DNA of 64,000 nucleotides from Clostridia bacterium (GCA_017625675.1 JAGAKK010000026.1:32469-96468); one strand, 5' to 3'. Positions 11,638 to 22,597 are shown, counted from the first letter of the stretch. Notes: generated by a model from the letters alone, not told the origin. Made by a program: numbers and translations.

Positions 11638-12323
11638 GCCTTTTCCTCCACAAGCTTCAGAACTGCCGCGACAGACTCTTCAAGTGTCATGTCAGTGGTG
11701 TCAAGAAGAATAGCATCCTCAGCCTGAGTAAGCGGTGACGCAGCCCTTGTCATATCACCTTTATCACGCTCCACAAGCTCACGGTACACCGTGTCAAAAT
11801 CCACCGTCTGACCCTTCTCAAGAAGCTCGTCATAACGGCGCTTAGCCCTTGCCTCAGCAGATGCCGTAAGAAAAATCTTCACCGTAGCATCTTTAAGCAC
11901 GTGTGTGCCTATATCTCTGCCGTCCATAATTATATCCGCAGACTTTCCGAAATCTCTCTGCATCTCTACAAGACGGACTCTCACCTCAGGAAGCGCGGAC
12001 ACCTTGGAAGCGCCCATTGAAACCTCAGGAGTTCTGATAAACCCGGTAATGTCCTCACCGTTTACAAACATGTGCTGCAATCCGTCAATATATTTTATGT
12101 CAAGGTCAAAATTCTCCCAAAGACCGTTAATAATCTCTCTTTCTTCGTCACTGATGCCGTCACTGAAATCCACGCCGTTTCTGATAGCATGAAAAGCCAG
12201 CGATCTGTACATTGCGCCGGTGTCAAGGTATATAAGACCCTTCTTCGCTGCAACAGCCTTGGCAATGGTACTTTTTCCTGCCCCTCCGGGTCCGTCAATT
12301 GCAATACTTATGTTTTTCTTCAC
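11634..12323 (-). CDS. cmk: cytidylate kinase
   Basis: 229 aa. P-loop IAIDGPGGAGKST and a Cmk-like NMP-binding region. Confidence 0.9.
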   Translation of the reverse strand: MKKNISIAIDGPGGAGKSTIAKAVAAKKGLIYLDTGAMYRSLAFHAIRNGVDFSDGISDEEREIINGLWENFDLDIKYIDGLQHMFVNGEDITGFIRTPEVSMGASKVSALPEVRVRLVEMQRDFGKSADIIMDGRDIGTHVLKDATVKIFLTASAEARAKRRYDELLEKGQTVDFDTVYRELVERDKGDMTRAASPLTQAEDAILLDTTDMTLEESVAAVLKLVEEKA

Positions 12324-12362
12324 GATAATACAACTCCTCTCATAAGCCCTTCTTTCATTATA

Positions 12363-13628
12363 TCACAGCGAAAGATTTTTCACAATATCCCCGTACATAT
12401 AAAGAGATCCCATCATCAGAAATACGTCATCTTCTGTCAGGCTGTCTTTAATTTTCTGCAGATCCTCCGGAGAAATGCTCACAGGGCAGGCCTCAACGCC
12501 TCTTTTCCTTGCCTCTGCCGCCAGCTCCTCCGCCGGAAGAGCTCTGGGATTATCCGGCGTTACCGTATAAAGCTTTTTACAATACGGCAAAATAAGACTA
12601 AGCATTTCCTGATAGTTCTTGTCCGCCATTACCCCCATCAGAATCACCAATTTTTTATCACGAAAATAATTAATTATATTTTCTCTGAGTCTCATCACGC
12701 CGTTAACGTTGTGGGCGCCGTCAAATATCATCAAAGGCTCTTTTGACAACACTTCAAATCTTGCGGGCCATTTTACGTTCTCAATTCCGTACCTGACTGC
12801 CTCTTCTCCCAGGAAAACGCCTTGTCTGTTAAGCGCCCAGGCCGCCTCCATAACGGTAAGGGCATTGTCAATCTGGTGAATTCCGGGAAGACCGACCTTC
12901 ATATCCAGAACATCCTTGTAATTAAAGGTACTGCCGAAAATATTGGTCTCCTTTATTTTCAGGTTTCTGTAGCAAACGATGGTAAGAGGAATCCCCAATT
13001 TTTCACATTCTTGCTTGATAACAGGCCTTGCAGACCTTTCCTCGCCGTTAAAAACCGCCTCAGTGCCCTTTTTAAGTATACCTGCCTTTGTACGGGCAAT
13101 GTCCGGAACAGTGTTCCCCAGCTGCTCCTTGTGGTCAAGGCCGATTGCCGTAAAGACTGAAACAACGGGAGCGTCAATAACATTCGTCGAGTCAAGAGCG
13201 CCTCCCATGCCTGCTTCAAGCACCACTATATCGCAGCCCTTATTCTTAAAATATTCAAAGCCCACCGCGGTAATGAGTTCAAACTCCGTAGGATGATCCT
13301 CCATCTCCTCCGCAAAAGGCATTACCTTTTCTACGGTTTTGCAAAGATCATCATCGGAAATGTGAGCCCGGTTGATCTGAATCCGTTCGTTAAAGCTCAC
13401 AATATACGGTGACACAAACGTTCCAACCTTGTAGCCCTGTTTTTCAAGTGCCAGAGAAAGCATTGCCGACACCGAACCCTTGCCGTTTGTCCCTACAACG
13501 TGAATAAATTTCAGTTTTTTCTGAGGATTTCCCAGACGCTCCAGCAGCTCCCTTATTCTTGAAAGCCCCGGCTTGCTTCCAAGCCAGGTGGTTTCATGAA
13601 TATAGTTCATACAGTCTTGTATTGTCAT
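12363..13628 (-). CDS. folC: bifunctional folylpolyglutamate synthase/dihydrofolate synthase
   Basis: 421 aa. HVVGTNGKGS P-loop of the Mur ligase/FolC family. Overlaps the folT stop region. Confidence 0.9.
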   Translation of the reverse strand: MTIQDCMNYIHETTWLGSKPGLSRIRELLERLGNPQKKLKFIHVVGTNGKGSVSAMLSLALEKQGYKVGTFVSPYIVSFNERIQINRAHISDDDLCKTVEKVMPFAEEMEDHPTEFELITAVGFEYFKNKGCDIVVLEAGMGGALDSTNVIDAPVVSVFTAIGLDHKEQLGNTVPDIARTKAGILKKGTEAVFNGEERSARPVIKQECEKLGIPLTIVCYRNLKIKETNIFGSTFNYKDVLDMKVGLPGIHQIDNALTVMEAAWALNRQGVFLGEEAVRYGIENVKWPARFEVLSKEPLMIFDGAHNVNGVMRLRENIINYFRDKKLVILMGVMADKNYQEMLSLILPYCKKLYTVTPDNPRALPAEELAAEARKRGVEACPVSISPEDLQKIKDSLTEDDVFLMMGSLYMYGDIVKNLSL

Positions 13629-13634
13629 TTTTTG

Positions 13635-14192
13635 TCACCTTTTATATCTGTCGACCAGATTGTTAATATTCTTATTCAAAAACAGCACGTAAATTATAAT
13701 ACATTGCACGGCGGCCTCTGCCAGGGCAATGCCGACACGGGATGCCATAAACACCCACAGTGCCTTTCCGGTGGGATAAAAATGGTTAAGGATCACCGTC
13801 ATCAATATTCCCGAGCAAAAAACGTGCACTGGAAAGATAACCCCCACAATTTTCAAAGCGCAACGAACACCGTGTTTTTCACTGCCTGCCTCTAATTTCA
13901 ATGCCTTTGCAACAACAGCCGTCAATGCTCCGGTAAGCGCCATTGGGATCGTGAGCCAAGGATTCCAGCCCGAAAAGAGCAATGCCCCTACGATATCAGA
14001 CACCGCGCCCACCGCAAGGCCAACCAAAGGTCCAAACCAAAGGCCGCTGAGAAAAACAGGAAGCTCTCCGAAACCTATTCTGATAGTATTGCCGATAGGA
14101 ATGCTGCCAACCCTTGTAAGCACAACGGCAATCGCCGCAAGCATTCCGGAAAAAATCAAGATTACAAGATAATTATGTTGTTTTTTTGTCAT
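13635..14192 (-). CDS. folT: folate ECF transporter S component
   Basis: About 185 aa multi-TM ECF S-component. The preferred start is an ATG with a GGGGA RBS, 13 codons inside the ORF-track ORF. Genetic context is folT-folC downstream of a THF riboswitch. Confidence 0.75.
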   Translation of the reverse strand: MTKKQHNYLVILIFSGMLAAIAVVLTRVGSIPIGNTIRIGFGELPVFLSGLWFGPLVGLAVGAVSDIVGALLFSGWNPWLTIPMALTGALTAVVAKALKLEAGSEKHGVRCALKIVGVIFPVHVFCSGILMTVILNHFYPTGKALWVFMASRVGIALAEAAVQCIIIYVLFLNKNINNLVDRYKR

Positions 14193-14268
14193 AAAAAAAT
14201 CCCCTTTCACAATTAAGCAAAAAGAGAGCATTTCATCTGTGTATCACACTATTTCAAATAGTAATTTA

Positions 14269-14391
14269 CAGCGGATGGTAATATTGCACCGCAAAGATAT
14301 GAGACCTCCGCTACCGCGGAGCCTTCTATCCTCTTCGCCCTCGGGCTCTACTCCCATCCCAAGGTACTTAACGCGCAATACCTGCTCTGCC
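14269..14391 (-). promoter_or_regulatory. THF (tetrahydrofolate) riboswitch, THF-I class
   Basis: Minus-strand RNA reads GGCAGAGCAGGUAUUGCGCGUUAAGUACCUUGGGAUG…GCGGUGCAAUAUUACCAUCCGCUG. It matches the conserved THF-I blocks AGAGUAG…CGCGUUAAGU…GGGAUG…GCGGUG…CAUCCGCU in order. It sits in the folT 5' leader. Confidence 0.75.
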
Positions 14392-14400
14392 TGACATATC

Positions 14401-14443
14401 ATAAAACGACTCACGGCGAGGATTTGCGCCTCGCCAGGTCGTT
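14401..14443 (-). terminator. probable intrinsic terminator after ackA
   Basis: Minus-strand ACGAC-CU-GGCGAGG-cgcaaau-CCUCGCC-gug-AGUCGUUUUAU immediately 3' of the ackA stop. The U-tract is short. Confidence 0.5.
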
Positions 14444-14472
14444 ATGTCATTAAAAATTTAATTAACGTATAA

Positions 14473-15669
14473 TTATTTAGAAACGATGTCCTTTGTATCT
14501 CTTGCAATAGCAAGCTCCTCGTTGGTTGCGATTACGAAAACCTTAACCTTAGAGTCGTCAGTAGAGATTACAAACTCGTCGCCGCGCTTGTCGTTCTTCT
14601 CAGCATCAATCTTGATTCCGAGGAAATCAAGGTTCTCACAGCAAGCCGCACGGGTAGCCTTGTCGTTCTCACCGATGCCTGCGGTAAATACGATAGCATC
14701 TGCGCCGTTCATTGTAGCCATGTACTGGCCGATATAAGCCTTAACGCGTGCTGCAAACATCTTCTTTGCAAGGATTGCTCGCTCGTTGCCTTCTGCTGCT
14801 GCGGCAGAAACGTCTCTCATATCGGAGCTGATGCCTGTAATTCCCTGAAGGCCGGACTTCTTATTGAGAATATCGCTCATCTGCTTGCTTGTAAGGTTCT
14901 CCTGCTCCATGATGAAGAGGGGAACAGCCGCATCAATGATTCCGCTTCTTGTACCCATTACAAGGCCATCCAAAGGTGTAAAGCCCATTGTAGTGTCTAC
15001 ACACTTGCCGCCGCAAACTGCCGCAATACTGCCGCCGTTTCCAATATGAACCGTGATAATCTTAGTCTCTTCAGCAGGCTTGCCGAGAAGAGCCGCAGCT
15101 CTCTGGGAAACGTACTTGTGTGAAGTTCCGTGGAAACCGTACTTTCTCACACCGTACTTCTCGTAGTACTCGTAAGGAATAGCATACATATAGTTTTCCT
15201 TGGGCATAGTCTGATGGAAAGCAGTGTCAAAAACACCTACCTGAGGAACGCCTGGCATAGCTGCCTGACAAGCCTTGATACCGATAATGTTCGGAGGATT
15301 GTGGAGAGGCGCAAGAGGAATGCACTCTTCAAGAGCCGCCATTACCGCATCATTAATGGGCACTGAGGAATTGAACTTTTCGCCGCCGTGTACAACTCTG
15401 TGACCGATAGCGCCGATTTCCTCAAGGCTGGCAATAACGCCGTTCTCAGCATCAGTAAGGATATTAACAACTTCCTTAATCGCTACGTTGTGATCAGGCA
15501 TATCGCAGTGGATAACCACCTTATCTTTTCCGCTGGGTGTGTGGTTAAGAATAGCATCGTCAAGACCTATTCTCTCGCAAAGACCCTTTGCAAGAACCTT
15601 CTCGGTATCAGTATCAATAAGCTGGTACTTAAGAGAAGAGCTTCCGCAGTTGATTACCAAAATATTCAT
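14473..15669 (-). CDS. ackA: acetate kinase
   Basis: 398 aa. [18 protein letters not shown]-terminus and acetate/propionate kinase signatures. Confidence 0.9.
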   Translation of the reverse strand: MNILVINCGSSSLKYQLIDTDTEKVLAKGLCERIGLDDAILNHTPSGKDKVVIHCDMPDHNVAIKEVVNILTDAENGVIASLEEIGAIGHRVVHGGEKFNSSVPINDAVMAALEECIPLAPLHNPPNIIGIKACQAAMPGVPQVGVFDTAFHQTMPKENYMYAIPYEYYEKYGVRKYGFHGTSHKYVSQRAAALLGKPAEETKIITVHIGNGGSIAAVCGGKCVDTTMGFTPLDGLVMGTRSGIIDAAVPLFIMEQENLTSKQMSDILNKKSGLQGITGISSDMRDVSAAAAEGNERAILAKKMFAARVKAYIGQYMATMNGADAIVFTAGIGENDKATRAACCENLDFLGIKIDAEKNDKRGDEFVISTDDSKVKVFVIATNEELAIARDTKDIVSK

Positions 15670-15702
15670 ATATATTCCTTCTTTCTTGAAAATATAATCT
15701 GA

Positions 15703-16707
<1,005 letters not shown>

Positions 16708-16831
16708 TCAAAAAACGATATGTAATATAATGCTTTTCTAAGCATAGGGAGTATAAAACAACTCTAGATATTATTTTACATTTTTTCTCAGTAATTTACA
16801 AGACCTTTTATATTGACTATACACAAAAATT

Positions 16832-17104
16832 TTAAGCAAATGCCACACGAATTTTAGGATTTTCCCTTGATGCATCAAAAAGCACCCTTTTAAGCACAGA
16901 AACTTTTACAACGCCGGCCTGTTCTGCAAAGGCATCGCAGTCTGCAAGGGCAATGCAAAGGTCCTCTGACACCTCGGAAAGGCAATCCTTCAAAGCATCA
17001 TAATTTTTTCCGAAGTACTCAGGAAAATTCATCTGCAAGGCAATATCATTATAAAAATCGTCCATATTTTTATATTTACTGCACTCCAATATTATTGTTT
17101 TCAC
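16832..17104 (-). CDS. barstar-family ribonuclease inhibitor
   Basis: 90 aa. PEYFGKNYDALKDCLSE aligns with barstar PEYYGENLDALWDCLTG. Its start overlaps the stop of the upstream RNase (ATGA). Confidence 0.75.
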   Translation of the reverse strand: MKTIILECSKYKNMDDFYNDIALQMNFPEYFGKNYDALKDCLSEVSEDLCIALADCDAFAEQAGVVKVSVLKRVLFDASRENPKIRVAFA

Positions 17105-17685
17105 GGCAATTCCTCCCCATAAAGCACTTCAAAGCTTTCGTAATGGTCCTCAGTATAATAAATGTCTCCGTCAGTACTGAAAACTATACGCTTTGCGCCT
17201 CTTGACTTTCCCCCTAAAGTGTCAATATCACACTCTTTATATTCATTGTCCTCCGGCAATATTCCCTCATAATTTCCGTATCTGTCACCGCCAATGCACT
17301 TGCCGGGAGCAAACTTCTCCACAGAGCCGCCCTCCCAACCAAGCTTTCTGGCCTCAGATTTCGTTATGTAGTTTTCAGGCAGTTCACCGTAAAGGTGTAT
17401 ATACAGCGCAACTTCTTCCTTGCTGTCATAGGTTTCTCCCAAGACAACCCCCGGCTCCTCTGTGGCGCTCTCCGTAGGAGGCGCCGCAGTGGCCTCTTCC
17501 GAGGCCATGGTTCCTGCCGTAGCAGAAACCGGAGCCGTGGGCCTTCCGGTTACAACAGGTTTCTCGTTAATAACGTTTTTCGTAACAACGTTTGTAAACA
17601 AACACCCTGACAGCGACAACGAACCAAGAACAACGGCACATACTACCACAAGGCTGATAATTTTTCTAAAAAAACTTTTTTTCAA
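17101..17685 (-). CDS. secreted barnase-like guanyl-specific ribonuclease (lipoprotein)
   Basis: The C-terminal ~110 aa are colinear with barnase (LPENYITKSEARKLGW…APGK.IGGD…YTEDHYESF). The N-terminus is a lipoprotein signal MKKSFFRKIISLVVVCAVVLGSLSLSGC if the TTG after the GGAGGAG RBS is used. Low-complexity Ala/Thr/Pro linker. Confidence 0.75.
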   Translation of the reverse strand: MKKSFFRKIISLVVVCAVVLGSLSLSGCLFTNVVTKNVINEKPVVTGRPTAPVSATAGTMASEEATAAPPTESATEEPGVVLGETYDSKEEVALYIHLYGELPENYITKSEARKLGWEGGSVEKFAPGKCIGGDRYGNYEGILPEDNEYKECDIDTLGGKSRGAKRIVFSTDGDIYYTEDHYESFEVLYGEELP

Positions 17686-17781
17686 AGCAACTCCTCCGAT
17701 AAACAAACTCTTTCTTAGAGATTACCATATTCCGAGCCCATAATCAACAAAAAATACGATAAATATCATTTTATTTACGAA

Positions 17782-17826
17782 GGAGCCACAGCGTCTGACG
17801 CTGTGGCTCCCTTACGCCGTGGCTCC
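17782..17826. repeat. family-3 hairpin repeat, copy 2 (partial element)
   Basis: GGAGCCACAGCGTC-TGA-CGCTGTGGCTCC perfect 13-bp arms, followed by a partial direct repeat CGCCGTGGCTCCC. Confidence 0.7.
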
Positions 17827-17833
17827 CTTTCAT

Positions 17834-17869
17834 AAAAAACGGCGGGCACAAAGAAGGCCCGCCGTTTTC
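17834..17869 (-). terminator. rho-independent terminator after upp
   Basis: Minus-strand AAAACGGCGGGCC-uucuuugu-GCCCGCCGUUUUUUAU. Also hairpin+U on the plus strand, so bidirectional in form. Confidence 0.75.
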
Positions 17870-17895
17870 ACCGAATAAACAGTTCAATATAATTA

Positions 17896-18537
17896 TTACT
17901 TTGTTCCGAAAAGTCTGTCTCCGGCATCTCCCAATCCGGGGAGAATATATCCGTTTTCGTTAAGACATCTGTCAAGTGTTGAAACAAAAACCTGCACGTC
18001 AGGATGCGCCTCAGCAACCCTGCTCACTCCTTCGGGAGCGCCTATTACAGACATAAACTTTATCGCCTTACAGCCTCTCTTTTTCAAAAGAGCAATAGCG
18101 TCGCAAGCGCTGCCGCCTGTAGCAAGCATAGGATCAACAACAATAACCAGATCATTCTCAATACCGTCAGGAAGCTTGCAATAGTACTCACAAGGCTCCA
18201 GAGTCTCCTCGTTTCTGTACATTCCGATATGACCCACTCTTGCAGAGGGGAACAGAACGTGAATACCGTTTACCATTCCAAGACCTGCTCTCAGAATAGG
18301 AACGACAACGATAGAGTTGTCCTTTACCACTCTCTGAGTACAAACCTCCAAGGGAGTTTTAACCTGTTTTTCCACAGTGGGAACATCCTCTTTAAGACAC
18401 TCAAAGGTCATAAGAGTGGTTATCTCTTCAATGAGCTCACGAAACTCCTTCATACTGGTCTTCTCATCACGCAAAATCGCAATTTTGTGATTGATGAGAG
18501 GATGATTGAAAATAGTAACGTTATCGTAATTTTTCAT
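17896..18537 (-). CDS. upp: uracil phosphoribosyltransferase
   Basis: 213 aa Upp family (MKNYDNVTIFNHPLINHKIAILRD…). Confidence 0.9.
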   Translation of the reverse strand: MKNYDNVTIFNHPLINHKIAILRDEKTSMKEFRELIEEITTLMTFECLKEDVPTVEKQVKTPLEVCTQRVVKDNSIVVVPILRAGLGMVNGIHVLFPSARVGHIGMYRNEETLEPCEYYCKLPDGIENDLVIVVDPMLATGGSACDAIALLKKRGCKAIKFMSVIGAPEGVSRVAEAHPDVQVFVSTLDRCLNENGYILPGLGDAGDRLFGTK

Positions 18538-18554
18538 AATTACCGCACCTCTTT

Positions 18555-20039
18555 TTAATCATTGTTTTCTTCTTCAGAATCAACGCCCAGCTTGCTCTTC
18601 TCAATCTTAGAAAGAACAAGGTTTGTTACGATACCGATAATGAGAGCAGTTGCAATAGACGTGATCTTTATTACGCCCGTAATCTCGCCTGTTTCAGCGA
18701 TCTGGTAGGGAATCTGGATCGTAAGTCCGCCTATTCCGGAAATCAGAATTGCAGCAACAACGAAAAGGTTCTTGTTTTCGCCAAGGTCAAGATTCTTAAA
18801 CATCTTAAGTCCTGATACTGCGATAAATCCGTACAAAGTAAGACATACACCGCCCATTACGCAGGAAGGAATAGTCTGAAGCACCGCCATTATAGGGCTG
18901 ATGAATGAAAGCACGATACACATTATCGCCGTAGTAGTGATAGTCGCAACAGATGCATTTCTGGTAATAGCAACGCAGCCTACTGACTCACCGTAAGTGG
19001 TGTTGGGACAGATACCGAATACAGTTCCTGCGATAGAACCTACACCGTCGCCGAGAAGTGTTCTCTTAAGTCCGGGCTCTTTAATAAGGTCCTTGTCAAT
19101 GATGGAGGACAAGTTCTTGTGGTCTGCAATATGCTCTGCAAATACAACCAATGCAACAGGCAAGAATGCAATTACAACTTCTGCGATACCGCCTGCGTTG
19201 AGAAGCTTTGCTCCCTCATTTGCGGTAAGGATTTCATCAGACATATTTCCGCTTGCAAGCTCCTTAATAGCCTCTACCAGCGCAATGTCAGGATAATTTA
19301 CGATAGCGGTAATTCCCTTGAAGTTTCCTTCTGCAGTAACGAAATTGTCGATAATAGGCTGGAAATTGATAATCATCAGATAGTCAATATCAGCGAGCTT
19401 TCCGATAACCGTAAACACTGCCGCAACAAAATAGCCTGCAACGATACCGAGGATAAAAGGAATGAGTCTTGCCATCTTGAACTTCTTCTGTGTAGAACAG
19501 ATAATGATTACGAAAAATGCAACCAGTCCGCAAAGAAGTGAAACCAGATTATATTTTCCGTACATCTGTGAAGCATTTGCAGTAACAATGTCACCCATAG
19601 CGTTTACAGCAAGAGTCAATCCGATAAGGGCAACCGTAGGTCCGATAATTACAGGGGGCATGAGCTTGTCAACCCAGGCAGTTCCTGTAAAGTGAATAAT
19701 AAGAGCAATTACTACGTAAACGAGGCCCGCAACAACAGAGCCAAGAATAATACCGCAATAACCGTAGGCAAGCGCTACGCCCAAGGAACTGAGAAATGCA
19801 AAAGAACTTCCCAGGAACACAGGGCTCTTAAACTTTGTAAACAACTGATAAATAAGTGTACCGATACCTGCGCCCAGAATAGCTGCAGGAATCTGCGTAG
19901 GCAGACCGATAATAGTAGGTACCGCAATGGTAGCAGCAAGGATCGCAAGTACTTGCTGAAGCGCAAAAACAAGCATACGGCCAAACTTCGGCACGTCGCC
20001 TACGTCATAAACTAATTTCTTCTCCATAACTTCCTCCAA
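18555..20039 (-). CDS. uraA: uracil permease (NCS2 family nucleobase:cation symporter)
   Basis: 494 aa multi-TM NCS2 signature, directly upstream of upp. Confidence 0.85.
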   Translation of the reverse strand: MEEVMEKKLVYDVGDVPKFGRMLVFALQQVLAILAATIAVPTIIGLPTQIPAAILGAGIGTLIYQLFTKFKSPVFLGSSFAFLSSLGVALAYGYCGIILGSVVAGLVYVVIALIIHFTGTAWVDKLMPPVIIGPTVALIGLTLAVNAMGDIVTANASQMYGKYNLVSLLCGLVAFFVIIICSTQKKFKMARLIPFILGIVAGYFVAAVFTVIGKLADIDYLMIINFQPIIDNFVTAEGNFKGITAIVNYPDIALVEAIKELASGNMSDEILTANEGAKLLNAGGIAEVVIAFLPVALVVFAEHIADHKNLSSIIDKDLIKEPGLKRTLLGDGVGSIAGTVFGICPNTTYGESVGCVAITRNASVATITTTAIMCIVLSFISPIMAVLQTIPSCVMGGVCLTLYGFIAVSGLKMFKNLDLGENKNLFVVAAILISGIGGLTIQIPYQIAETGEITGVIKITSIATALIIGIVTNLVLSKIEKSKLGVDSEEENND

Positions 20040-20145
20040 ATAATAGAATTAAACTAAAAATAATATGTATATTATCTCATAAATTAAGTTTATCACCGAT
20101 TGTGCCCTCTTGCAAGAGGACACCTTCAATTTTCTGAAAAAAGAC

Positions 20146-20919
20146 TTATCCTTCCTTTCCTGCAGAAAGGAAATTTCTTGTCTTTATGCTTTTAGGATTT
20201 CCGAAAACCTCTTCGGGAGTTCCCTCTTCCTCAATAACTCCGTCGGCAATAAAAATTACCCTATCGGAAACGTTCCTTGCAAACTCCATCTCATGAGTAA
20301 CGATAATCATCGTCCTTTCAGAATCCTTGAGAGAACGAATAACCTTCAGAACCTCTCCTGTCAATTCAGGGTCCAATGAGGACGTAGGCTCATCAAAACA
20401 AAGTATCTCAGGGGACAACATTAACGCTCTGGCAATTGCCACACGTTGCTGCTGACCGCCGGACAACTGGCAAGGATAGGAATCAGCCTTCTCGGTAAGC
20501 CCCACCTTTTCCAAAAGCATGTCAGCTCTCTCGGAAATTTCGCCCATGGTCTCCCGCTGTCCCAGGGTATCCTTCCTCTTAGTCCTCAGCTTAGGCGCAA
20601 GCATAAGGTTTTCCTTAACGCTGTATTGAGGGAAAAGATTGAATTGCTGGAATACCAGACCGAAAGACAACTGGGCCTCCTGTGAAACCACCGGCTTTTC
20701 GCCTTCCTTTGCGCTGTAAACGGTCTTGTCGTTTACGATAATATCACCGCTGTTGGCCTTTTCCAGAAAATTCAGGCACCTTAAAAGAGTGGTTTTTCCG
20801 CCGCCTGAGGAACCGATTATTGACAGCACCTCTCCTTTCTTCAAGGAAAAGCTTACCCCTTTCAATACCTCTGTATCACCAAAGCGTTTTCTGAGATTTT
20901 TAACTTCAAGTATATTCAT
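20146..20919 (-). CDS. polar amino acid ABC transporter ATP-binding protein
   Basis: 257 aa with Walker A GSSGGGKTT, LSGGQQQRVAIARAL signature and Walker B/H-loop. Confidence 0.85.
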   Translation of the reverse strand: MNILEVKNLRKRFGDTEVLKGVSFSLKKGEVLSIIGSSGGGKTTLLRCLNFLEKANSGDIIVNDKTVYSAKEGEKPVVSQEAQLSFGLVFQQFNLFPQYSVKENLMLAPKLRTKRKDTLGQRETMGEISERADMLLEKVGLTEKADSYPCQLSGGQQQRVAIARALMLSPEILCFDEPTSSLDPELTGEVLKVIRSLKDSERTMIIVTHEMEFARNVSDRVIFIADGVIEEEGTPEEVFGNPKSIKTRNFLSAGKEG

Positions 20920-20934
20920 TATCGTAAAACCTCC

Positions 20935-21585
20935 TTACGCCTTGAAATAATCCAGTTTCTTTTCCAGCCAGCCAAACAAAAGGGTCAGCACCGCCGTAAA
21001 TACCAGATAGTATATTGCGGTATAGAAAAGAGGCCAGAGAAGTCCTGCATTTTTTATGTATCTCTGAGCAAAATAGATAAGCTCGTAATAGGTTACCACG
21101 CGGGCAAGAGAAGTGTCCTTAACCAAGGTGATGATTTCATTTGACATAGGAGCAATAATCCGCTTTATCACCTGCAAAAGAATAACCTTGAAAAACACCT
21201 CGGTCTTTGTCATTCCAAGCACCTGTCCCGCCTCGTATTGGCCCTTAGATATGGACTCAATTCCTCCGCGGTATATCTCGGAAAAATAGCATGCATAGTT
21301 TATCGAGAAGGTGATATACACCGCAACGCTTGCAGAAAGCAGCATCTGTCCGAACACCAGACCCGGACCGTAATATACTATAATCAGCTGCAGCATAAGA
21401 GGCGTTCCGCGTATCACCCACACAATGGCCTTACAAAGAGCCGCCAAGGGCTTAAACTTCGACATAGAGCCAAAGGCGATAATAAGACCCAAGGGCAACG
21501 CAAATGCCAGGGTCACAAAAAATATTTTCAAAGTCTCCCCGAAGCCTACCAGCAGGTCCAGGGTAATGTTAAAAAATTGTTCCAT
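20935..21585 (-). CDS. amino acid ABC transporter permease (HisMQ/GlnP family)
   Basis: 216 aa, 5 TM, EAA-like loop, operonic with the ATPase and binding protein. Confidence 0.8.
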   Translation of the reverse strand: MEQFFNITLDLLVGFGETLKIFFVTLAFALPLGLIIAFGSMSKFKPLAALCKAIVWVIRGTPLMLQLIIVYYGPGLVFGQMLLSASVAVYITFSINYACYFSEIYRGGIESISKGQYEAGQVLGMTKTEVFFKVILLQVIKRIIAPMSNEIITLVKDTSLARVVTYYELIYFAQRYIKNAGLLWPLFYTAIYYLVFTAVLTLLFGWLEKKLDYFKA

Positions 21586-21661
21586 CCCGTAATACTCAAT
21601 AAGAGCCCGGAGTGCAGAATAGCACCCCGAGCAGTCTCAATTCCTTTTTGTTTTAGTAAAA

Positions 21662-22477
21662 TTATTTAATAAGAGCCTTTGCAAGAGTAAGGTCAACAAT
21701 AGCAGCCTCGGAAGCCCCTGACATTACCTCAAGAAGAGCATCTGTCTGTGCAGTAACACTCTTAAAGCCATCCTTGAGCTTTGCATTGTCGGTAATAACC
21801 TTTTCACCTGCAGAACCGCCCTCTGCTGCAATGTCAATGCCCTGAAGGTCGTCAATAGTCTTGTACTTGTCAACGTCTGTCTTCTTTACAACAGCTACCT
21901 GAGTGTTGTACATATAGGGAACTGTGCAATCAGCAGCTTTTTCAATAGCATCGGTAATAGTCATACCGTTCCATACGCAGTCGATATCCTTTGCCTCAAG
22001 AGCGACAAGCTTGTAATCCCAATCAATCTCCTTGAATTCAGCGGTAACACCCAGTTTTTCGCAAACAGCCTTTGCATAGTCTGCGTCAAAACCGATCCAA
22101 GCGCCGTTCTCATCTCTATAGTCCATAGGCTTGTAGTCTGTAATACCGATTACGAGTTTTCCTTTTGCCTTAATATAATCCCAGTCGCCGCTTCCTTCAC
22201 AAGCATCTGCCTTAGGAACGTAATCAGCCTCGCCTACTGCGCCAACCTCGTACTTCTTAGAAAGATTTTCAAGAGTTCCGTCCTTGATAAGGTCAAGAGT
22301 AATATCCTCTACCTTACGGGTCATGTCAGAGCCTGCACGGAAAGCAATTCCGAAATATTCACGCTCCAGACCAAGGTCCACAATGGCAAGGTCCTCATAA
22401 CCGAGAGCGCCCTTGCAGCCTGCAAAAGTAACACAAATCATAATCACCGTCAAAATAACAGCCAATGTTTTCTTCAT
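21662..22477 (-). CDS. amino acid ABC transporter substrate-binding lipoprotein (family 3 SBP)
   Basis: 271 aa with a lipobox (TFAGCKG) and a PBP type II fold. Confidence 0.8.
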   Translation of the reverse strand: MKKTLAVILTVIMICVTFAGCKGALGYEDLAIVDLGLEREYFGIAFRAGSDMTRKVEDITLDLIKDGTLENLSKKYEVGAVGEADYVPKADACEGSGDWDYIKAKGKLVIGITDYKPMDYRDENGAWIGFDADYAKAVCEKLGVTAEFKEIDWDYKLVALEAKDIDCVWNGMTITDAIEKAADCTVPYMYNTQVAVVKKTDVDKYKTIDDLQGIDIAAEGGSAGEKVITDNAKLKDGFKSVTAQTDALLEVMSGASEAAIVDLTLAKALIK

Positions 22478-22597
22478 AATAAATCTCCGTTCTGTGTTTT
22501 ATCACTTTAATATGCTAAAGCCTCATTATGATAACACAGTTCTGTCACCTTGTCAACAAATATGTTATTTATTTGATTTCAATTCCTTTTCCGTTCA

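Noticed and set aside
20040-20145. PyrR-binding attenuator upstream of uraA-upp
   Set aside because: I searched for the conserved ARUCCAGAGAGGYU loop on the minus strand and found only an unrelated DNA palindrome. No pyrR gene is nearby.
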